This document shows positions 26,597 through 32,551 of a stretch of 32,551 bases of DNA, in pieces. The stretch covers positions 1 to 32,551 of the forward strand of contig DAOWFB010000045.1 in NCBI GenBank assembly GCA_030638205.1, read 5' to 3'. The position numbers and the translations under genes are program-made. Below the pieces are notes generated by a model. That model was not told the origin of the DNA, made no database searches, and saw only the letters and a program-made list of their open reading frames with translations. This stretch comes from Thalassospiraceae bacterium. Its GTDB lineage: Bacteria > Pseudomonadota > Alphaproteobacteria > Rhodospirillales > Magnetovibrionaceae. How positions within the stretch are numbered: position 1 is the stretch's first letter; the number at the start of each line of letters is the position of its first letter.

Positions 26597-26989
26597 ATGC
26601 TACATATGGAACTTTCAAAAATACTTTATGTTGAAGATGATCCTGATATTCAATCGATTGCCGTTATGGCACTGGAAACGATTGGTGGCCTAACGCTTGA
26701 GGTCTGCAGTTCCGGGGAAGATGCAATTGCAAAGGGCGATGAGTTTAAACCAGAGCTTATTTTACTAGATGTAATGATGCCGGAAATGGATGGCCCGACA
26801 ACTCTTGGGCGACTTCGCGAAATATCATCATTAAGTGATGTTCCTGCCGTATTTATGACCGCAAAGGTAACGCCAGAAGATGTGCAAAGTTACAAAGATA
26901 TGGGCGTGGTTGATGTTATACCAAAACCGTTTGATCCCATGACATTGGCCGATCAGGTAAAAGAAATATGGAATAAAAGCCATGGCTGA
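26597..26989 (+). CDS. Single-domain CheY-like response regulator
   Basis: Has the acidic pocket YVEDDPD, phospho-acceptor LILLDVMMP, FMTAK (Thr), and IPKPF (Lys). Confidence 0.9.
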   Translation: MLHMELSKILYVEDDPDIQSIAVMALETIGGLTLEVCSSGEDAIAKGDEFKPELILLDVMMPEMDGPTTLGRLREISSLSDVPAVFMTAKVTPEDVQSYKDMGVVDVIPKPFDPMTLADQVKEIWNKSHG

Positions 26990-28637
26990 CAATGATAAAA
27001 CAGTTGAGGAAAAAATGGCCGCCCTAAGGGATAACTATGCCCGGCAGATGACCTCAAAGATTGATGAAATTTCATCTCATGTTTTATTAATAGCACCGCA
27101 TGGCAAAGGCACAAACGATGCTATTGCTGCGGTGCGTGCGCTTACACACAAGCTTGCCGGGTCAGGTGCAACCTTTGGTTTTAAGGAAGTTTCTATTGTT
27201 GCCCGTGAAATGGAAGATGCCTGCAGCAAGGTTATTGAAGGCAATGATGACGCTAGCGGCTTGGCAGACTTTCTTGATAAAAGCCTGGATGCTTTAAAAG
27301 AAGCTAGCGATCACCCCGATGTTCGCAAGGAAAATTCAGACGAAAAAAAACAAGATTCCAAAGGTAGTGGAACCATAGACGATAGGGTGATCCGCAACAT
27401 TCTTGTTCTTGAAGGTGATAAAAAAACAAGATCACAAATAGTTCGTGAATTGAAACATTTTGGTTTTGTCGCTAGCGGTACTTCTCATCCCAAAAATATT
27501 GCAAAGGCAATAAAAAAACAAAAACCAGATGCGCTTGTTTGCGACATTGTTTTTGATGGTGACGATAACGCGGCATTAGGCATAATTTCCGAACTTCATC
27601 AATCGGGCGGATTGGATTGCCCAATAATCGTTCATACAGAAATTGATGATATGCCCCATCGTCTTGCTGCGGTGCGTGCCGGGGCCCATAATTATATGGT
27701 GAAGCCCGTGGATATGGCAGACATGATAGATGTGCTTGATGCGGTAACTGCCGATGGTGAAGATGATCCGTTTAGGGTTCTGATTATTGATGATGATGAA
27801 AGTCTTTCCCGCCACACGGAATTAGTTCTTCAGGGTGCCGGAATGATGACCAGTGTTTTAAATAATCCGATGACGGTCATCGAGGTCTTAAATGATTTTG
27901 TTCCAGAACTTATTTTGCTTGACCTTTATATGCCTGATTGTGAGGGCCATGAGGTTGCAGCAATTATTCGCCAACAAGAAGCATTTGACGCCATACCAAT
28001 AGTTTTTCTTTCTGGTGAGCGGGATGTTGAAAAGCAACTCTCAGCCATGGAGTTGGGCGGAGATGATTTTTTAACCAAACCTATACGGCCTAAACATCTT
28101 ATTTCTGCCGTAAGAATACGCGCTTCGCGTTTTCGCGAGCTGCGTTCAATGATGGTGAAAGACAGCATGACTGGGTTGTACAATCACACCACAACCAAGC
28201 AATTAATGACAAACGAAATAGAACGGGCCAAACGGTTAAATCAGTCAATTGCCATGGCATCGCTGGACATTGACCATTTCAAAAACGTGAATGACACCTA
28301 CGGTCACGCAGTAGGCGACAAGGTTATTAAATCATTGGCTAGATTGCTGCGCCAACGCTTAAGGGGCGCCGATATCATTGGTCGAATGGGCGGCGAAGAA
28401 TTTGCCGCATTGCTTACCGGGGCCACAATCGAAGAAGCGGAAGAAATATTTAATCAAATAAGGCAGGCGTTTTCAGAAATTGTTTTTAATTCAGATATTA
28501 AAGATTTTTCCGTTACCTTTAGCTGTGGCATAGCTGAATTTCCAACCCATGACAGCGTTTCGTCGCTTTCTGATGCTTCTGATAAGGCGCTCTATACGGC
28601 CAAGAATGGTGGGCGTAATAAGGTGGTTCTGGCCTAG
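26982..28637 (+). CDS. Hpt-REC-REC-GGDEF diguanylate cyclase (PleD-like with an N-terminal Hpt domain)
   Basis: Hpt motif LTHKLAGSGATFGF. REC1 has LVCDIVF...YMVKP and REC2 has LIIDDDES, LILLDLYMP, FLTKP. The active site is GGEEF, preceded by the I-site RGAD exactly 5 residues upstream. The start overlaps the upstream REC gene by 8 nt. Confidence 0.9.
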   Translation: MADNDKTVEEKMAALRDNYARQMTSKIDEISSHVLLIAPHGKGTNDAIAAVRALTHKLAGSGATFGFKEVSIVAREMEDACSKVIEGNDDASGLADFLDKSLDALKEASDHPDVRKENSDEKKQDSKGSGTIDDRVIRNILVLEGDKKTRSQIVRELKHFGFVASGTSHPKNIAKAIKKQKPDALVCDIVFDGDDNAALGIISELHQSGGLDCPIIVHTEIDDMPHRLAAVRAGAHNYMVKPVDMADMIDVLDAVTADGEDDPFRVLIIDDDESLSRHTELVLQGAGMMTSVLNNPMTVIEVLNDFVPELILLDLYMPDCEGHEVAAIIRQQEAFDAIPIVFLSGERDVEKQLSAMELGGDDFLTKPIRPKHLISAVRIRASRFRELRSMMVKDSMTGLYNHTTTKQLMTNEIERAKRLNQSIAMASLDIDHFKNVNDTYGHAVGDKVIKSLARLLRQRLRGADIIGRMGGEEFAALLTGATIEEAEEIFNQIRQAFSEIVFNSDIKDFSVTFSCGIAEFPTHDSVSSLSDASDKALYTAKNGGRNKVVLA

Positions 28638-28638
28638 A

Positions 28639-28670
28639 CCTAGTCCCGGCCCCAGTCCCGACCCTAGTCC
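28639..28670. repeat. Imperfect 12-nt tandem repeat between convergent genes, overlapping the HAD gene stop
   Basis: cctagtcccggc (28639-28650), cccagtcccgac (28651-28662) and cctagtcc (28663-28670). Confidence 0.8.
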
Positions 28671-29344
28671 AAAAGCGGAATAATTCCACGGGCAGATGCC
28701 AGATCGTCGGCTAGTTTTACCTCGAAATTATTATCGGAAATACCTAGCGCACCGACCCGCTCACCTGCGTTTGATCCGTGGCCGCTCAACACATGAACGC
28801 CACCTTTAAGCCCTGCATTTTTTCCAGCTTCTATGTCTTTGGCGCGGTCGCCAACAATCCATGATCGGGACAAATCAACCCCCATTAATTCAGCAGCCAG
28901 ATAAAGCATACCGGGGTTTGGCTTGCGTGCGGGGTGTGAAGGGTGGCCGCCATATGGTGGTTTTCCTTTTTCATGAAAGGGGCAGGCAAAAACCCCATCG
29001 ATTACACCGCCAGCGGATTTAATATCGCCTAATAAGCGCGTTTGTACATTTACAAATTCATCCCAACCAAAATATCCATACGCAATGCCAGCTTGATTGG
29101 TCACTAATATAACGGGCACATCTTTTTGGTTTGCTAATTTTACAACCTCACCGACGCTGGGCATTAACTGAACATCTTCAACTTTGTGCAGGTAATTGGC
29201 CTCAACACAAACAACCCCGTCGCGATCAAGAAAAAGCGCAGGCTTGCCCTCGGTCATGTTTTTCGATGATATTGCTTGCGTCCAAACACCGCCCTGAAGA
29301 ACCGCACCGTGTGGGAATGTTTTTGGTTGGGGAAAATCGTTCAT
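28664..29344 (-). CDS. HAD-IIIA family phosphatase, GmhB (heptose-1,7-bisphosphate phosphatase)-like
   Basis: Contains FLDRDGVV (DxD nucleophile motif), ILVTNQ and RKPNPGM. An alternative start at MTEGKPALFLDRDG (29257) would remove a 29-aa extension. Confidence 0.7.
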   Translation of the reverse strand: MNDFPQPKTFPHGAVLQGGVWTQAISSKNMTEGKPALFLDRDGVVCVEANYLHKVEDVQLMPSVGEVVKLANQKDVPVILVTNQAGIAYGYFGWDEFVNVQTRLLGDIKSAGGVIDGVFACPFHEKGKPPYGGHPSHPARKPNPGMLYLAAELMGVDLSRSWIVGDRAKDIEAGKNAGLKGGVHVLSGHGSNAGERVGALGISDNNFEVKLADDLASARGIIPLLD

Positions 29345-29360
29345 CGGATATCAATCTTTT

Positions 29361-30041
29361 TTATTCAGCATTAATGGCATCGGGCGAAAGCAATGTACCA
29401 GATTTAAACCGTTCCGGCTCGCAAGCAATACGCGATATGGCGGCGGCCACACTTGCGCCGTCACCACTGCGCCCGGTAACAAGGCCAAGTATGCGCGGTG
29501 CGTTTTCTTCTTTGCCCAATGCCTCAATCAATGACATCAGCGCGCCGCCGCCGGCACTGGCGCAAGCATCATCAATGTCCGATGCGCCGGGCGCATCAAC
29601 AACCACAATAATCAGTGCATTTTCAGTCCAATCCATGCTTGACCACATTTCCCTGAGCATGTTTATCGGCGCAAAAACAGCCGCCTCCCACGCTTTGCGC
29701 CATATATCATCACGAATGGAATCGATACGTCCCGCAGGAATGTTTCCGGTGCAATTGACAAATATGTTTGCATCACTACATGAAAGCGCCAATGCTTCTG
29801 CCTCTACCGCATTAGCAGTGTTTGCAATATGGGTTTCAACCTCCACTGCGAATTCCTGTCTTATCTCGGTTGCTGCACGCTCAAGCGCGACTGCGCCAAT
29901 ACCACTTAAACAAAGGTCTGCTCCGGTTTGTGCCAAGGCGCGCGCGGCGGCAAGACCAACCCCGCCAGCCGCACCAGTTATAAGGGCATTTTTTCCACTT
30001 AGTGGGCCGCCTGATGTGGCGTTAAGTGTTTCATTATTCAT
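29361..30041 (-). CDS. SDR-fold (Rossmann) protein lacking the catalytic Tyr/Lys
   Basis: Start taken at MNNETL (ATG 30041), which overlaps the nadB stop by 8 nt (ATGAATAA). It has the cofactor motif [16 protein letters not shown] and NCTG in place of NNAG. There is no tyrosine anywhere in the 226 aa. Confidence 0.7.
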   Translation of the reverse strand: MNNETLNATSGGPLSGKNALITGAAGGVGLAAARALAQTGADLCLSGIGAVALERAATEIRQEFAVEVETHIANTANAVEAEALALSCSDANIFVNCTGNIPAGRIDSIRDDIWRKAWEAAVFAPINMLREMWSSMDWTENALIIVVVDAPGASDIDDACASAGGGALMSLIEALGKEENAPRILGLVTGRSGDGASVAAAISRIACEPERFKSGTLLSPDAINAE

Positions 30042-31647
30042 TGCATTTGTCCGGGCAATTATCAGGGGTAAGTATGGTTGGGCCAAGTTTTGTTTCATGC
30101 TTGTTTTTTGGGTGATCGCGGGTGTAATGCAGGCCACGGCTCTCTTTTCGTATTTGGGCCGAGCGAACAATAAGGTCGGCGCAAACGGTCATGTTTCTTA
30201 ACTCCAACAAATCGCCGGTTACCCGAAAATTTCCATAATAATCATGGGCCTCTGATTGCAGCATATCAATACGGGTTTTGGCGCGTTCTAATCTTTTGTC
30301 GGTTCTAACAATTCCAACATAATCCCACATGAAATTTCTTAATTCGTCCCAGTTATGGGAAATTACAATTTCTTCGTCTGAATCTGTTACCCGGCTTTCA
30401 TCCCACGGTGGGGGCAGGGACACTTTTTTTGCATTGCCAAGATTGGTGTTTATGTCGTTTGCAGCCGCACTTGAATAAACAAGACATTCCAAAAGCGAGT
30501 TTGATGCCATGCGGTTAGCTCCATGCAGCCCGGTATAGGTAACCTCGCCAATTGCATAAAGGCCGTCAATATCTGTACGGCCATTATTATCCACCACAAT
30601 TCCGCCGCAGGTGTAATGAGCTGCCGGCACAACGGGTAGGGGTTCTTTGGTCATATCAAAACCAAAGCCAAGACATTTTGCGTAAATGGTCGGGAAATGC
30701 TCTTGAATGAAATCAGCACCTTTATGGCTTATGTCTATATAGACGCAATCATGACCATGACGTTTCATTTCATAATCTATTGCTCTGGCCACAATATCGC
30801 GGGGTGCTAGTTCTTCGCGTTCATCGAATTTGTGCATGAAGCGTTCCCCATTGGGTAACGTCAGCACACCACCTTCGCCACGTACGGCTTCGGAAACAAG
30901 AAACGATTTTGCCTTGGGGTGGTAAAGGCAGGTTGGGTGAAACTGGGTGAACTCCATATTACCAACCCGGCATCCGGCACGCCAGGCCATGGCAATGCCA
31001 TCACCAGTGGCAACATCGGGGTTTGATGTATAAAGGTAAACTTTACTTACCCCACCAGTTGCCAGCACCACAAATGGTGCAGCAAATGAAACTACTTTAT
31101 CAATATCGGTGTTTAACGCATATAGGCCGGTAACGTTCTTTGTTCCGGTTTCTTTATTTTTTTTACAATAAAGATCAACCGCATTGTGATTTTCAAAAAT
31201 TGTAATATTGGGGTTGGCACGAACGCGATCTTCTAGTGTTAGCTCAATCGCCTTGCCGGTGGCATCTGCTGCATGGACGACCCGGCGGTGGCTGTGGCCA
31301 CCTTCGCGGGTAAGGTGTAATTCATCGCCTTCGCGGGTGAATTCAACCCCGTACCCAGTTAATTTTTCAATTGCCGCACGTCCATTTTCAACTACAAAGC
31401 GCACCACATCTTCGTCGCAAAGTCCGGCTCCGGCATTAATGGTGTCTGCAATGTGTGATTGGACGCTATCGTGTTCGTCCAATACGGCGGCAATTCCGCC
31501 TTGGGCATAATAGGTATTGCTTTCATGCAAACTGCTTTTGGTAATTACCGCAACGCGGGCAAAGTCGGCCATTTCCAAAGCGAGATTAAGCCCGGAAGCA
31601 CCGCTGCCAATTACCAGCACGTCAAAAATGTTATCTGCATTGTTCAT
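30034..31647 (-). CDS. nadB: L-aspartate oxidase
   Basis: Has the FAD dinucleotide fold [16 protein letters not shown] and the succinate-dehydrogenase/fumarate-reductase flavoprotein-like core ([23 protein letters not shown]). The start could instead be the GTG at 31683 used by the track. Confidence 0.92.
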   Translation of the reverse strand: MNNADNIFDVLVIGSGASGLNLALEMADFARVAVITKSSLHESNTYYAQGGIAAVLDEHDSVQSHIADTINAGAGLCDEDVVRFVVENGRAAIEKLTGYGVEFTREGDELHLTREGGHSHRRVVHAADATGKAIELTLEDRVRANPNITIFENHNAVDLYCKKNKETGTKNVTGLYALNTDIDKVVSFAAPFVVLATGGVSKVYLYTSNPDVATGDGIAMAWRAGCRVGNMEFTQFHPTCLYHPKAKSFLVSEAVRGEGGVLTLPNGERFMHKFDEREELAPRDIVARAIDYEMKRHGHDCVYIDISHKGADFIQEHFPTIYAKCLGFGFDMTKEPLPVVPAAHYTCGGIVVDNNGRTDIDGLYAIGEVTYTGLHGANRMASNSLLECLVYSSAAANDINTNLGNAKKVSLPPPWDESRVTDSDEEIVISHNWDELRNFMWDYVGIVRTDKRLERAKTRIDMLQSEAHDYYGNFRVTGDLLELRNMTVCADLIVRSAQIRKESRGLHYTRDHPKNKHETKLGPTILTPDNCPDKCNE

Positions 31648-31801
31648 ATGGTGGTTATAGGGGCTTATTACCCACGGTTCCACCTTTCTACTTTGTGCTG
31701 ATAATCCATACGGTTAGGATAAATAACAAGTAATGGTGGAATTATTTTATAATACATAATAACAATGGTATATTGGCTATTCGACTGAAGGGGGGCTGCG
31801 G

Positions 31802-32551
31802 TTGAGATTTTCCATTGAATTTAAGCATTATGCCATTTCGGCAATTGTTGCACTGGCGTTGGCGACAATTGCGCTCCTGACATGGTATCGCTCAAATTAC
31901 ATCAACGATCTTGGCGCCCAAATAGAAACCATTCATACCATCGATACATCTTTGCAGGAGCTGCACAAAATTCATGTGGATTTTGTAACTCTTTACGATT
32001 CTAACCATCTGGATGATTTTAGGGCTAAATACGAAACCATGAATGCCAATATCAAGCAACTCGCTGTCAATTTAAATTCATTGGGTCTTGGTACCGACAT
32101 CGTTTCAGAGATATCTGACAAGGCCACTAAATACAAATCACAGTTTGAAAGCATCGCACTCCTTCAGCTAAAAATTGGTAAGGATCAGACCGAAGGCATT
32201 CGCAAAGAAATGCGTAATTCCCTATATACGGCTGAGTCTGTGCTGAACCAAATAAATGACGAAAACCTTCGTTTGGCCCTGCACCGCAGGTTGCTTATGA
32301 CGCAACGCACAGAAAAAGATCTTATGCTTAGAAGGCAAGATAAATATCTGGCTAAATTTAAAAATTATTATGACATTACCACGGCGGATGTGAAAAAATT
32401 AATTGAAGACCCTGAATTAAAATCGCAATTACTGGCCGCCCTTGCTGCGTACAAAGGTTTTTTCAAACAACTTTCAGAGGCGGCGCTGGAAATTGGGTTA
32501 ACTTACGAAGATGGCCTTCGCAATGAAGCCAACACAACCATAAACAGCGCA
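31802..32551 (+). CDS. N-terminal TM plus helical periplasmic sensor domain of a chemoreceptor or sensor protein (partial, continues past the window)
   Basis: Not in the track because it is open-ended. A TTG at 31802 is preceded by GAAGGGGGG. All 250 codons are stop-free: one TM (AISAIVALALATIALLTWY), then long helical segments with an EKDLMLRRQDKYLAKF motif reminiscent of 4HB/HBM-type MCP sensor domains. Confidence 0.5.
   Translation, partial: MRFSIEFKHYAISAIVALALATIALLTWYRSNYINDLGAQIETIHTIDTSLQELHKIHVDFVTLYDSNHLDDFRAKYETMNANIKQLAVNLNSLGLGTDIVSEISDKATKYKSQFESIALLQLKIGKDQTEGIRKEMRNSLYTAESVLNQINDENLRLALHRRLLMTQRTEKDLMLRRQDKYLAKFKNYYDITTADVKKLIEDPELKSQLLAALAAYKGFFKQLSEAALEIGLTYEDGLRNEANTTINSA

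Noticed and set aside
3175-28670. Whether the short direct repeats could be a CRISPR array or mobile-element termini.
   Set aside because: The repeats are contiguous (no spacers), only 9-16 nt long, in two or three copies each, and unrelated in sequence between loci. No cas, transposase or integrase gene or flanking tRNA is present.
30042-30170. Extended N-termini offered by the track for the SDR-like gene (30170), nadB (31683), cpaC (21770), hyi (8078) and the DUF6166-like gene (23101).
   Set aside because: The extensions either overlap the upstream gene by more than 100 nt, precede an obvious signal peptide or conserved N-terminal motif, or start on TTG/GTG when a better-placed ATG exists. 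nadB remains ambiguous.

Overview
This is a chromosomal segment from a mid-GC Alphaproteobacterium, judged from the ALA-synthase-type hemA, Cpa/Tad pilus genes, an ELM1-family protein and a PleD-like cyclase. All functional calls come from motif recognition by eye; no database search was possible. Left arm (1-8.9 kb): housekeeping genes, namely a partial PadR-like regulator, hemA, a class-III aminotransferase, a secreted His/Met-rich protein, pyrE, hspQ, an ELM1-family protein, hemN and a hydroxypyruvate-isomerase-like gene. Centre (8.9-22.7 kb): a complete Tad/Flp (Cpa) pilus locus in four transcription units. These are tadG-tadE-tadE' (-), tadD-pilZ-crp (+), flp-cpaA (+), and cpaB-cpaC-cpaD-cpaE-cpaF-tadB-tadC (-). 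The 56-aa flp pilin gene and its terminator are missing from the ORF track and were found by reading the sequence. Right arm (22.7-32.5 kb): a DUF6166-like small protein, a 13-TM STT3/GT-C-like membrane protein, a MarR regulator, a coupled REC plus Hpt-REC-REC-GGDEF pair, a nadB / SDR-like / HAD-phosphatase operon, and the N-terminus of a sensor or chemoreceptor. I recognised no rRNA, tRNA, CRISPR array, transposase or integrase, so this does not look like a mobile island. The best candidates for something new are listed below. (1) A canonical PilZ c-di-GMP receptor translationally coupled to TadD, followed by a Crp-family regulator, both embedded inside the Tad locus. CRP-like GTGA-N6-TCA(C/T) operators sit in two pilus intergenic regions, one created by a triplicated 13-nt unit. 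(2) An STT3-topology membrane protein that lacks the WWDYG catalytic motif, next to the pilus locus. (3) A tyrosine-free SDR-like protein coupled to nadB. (4) A window-wide excess of 12-16 nt tandem duplications sitting on gene termini.
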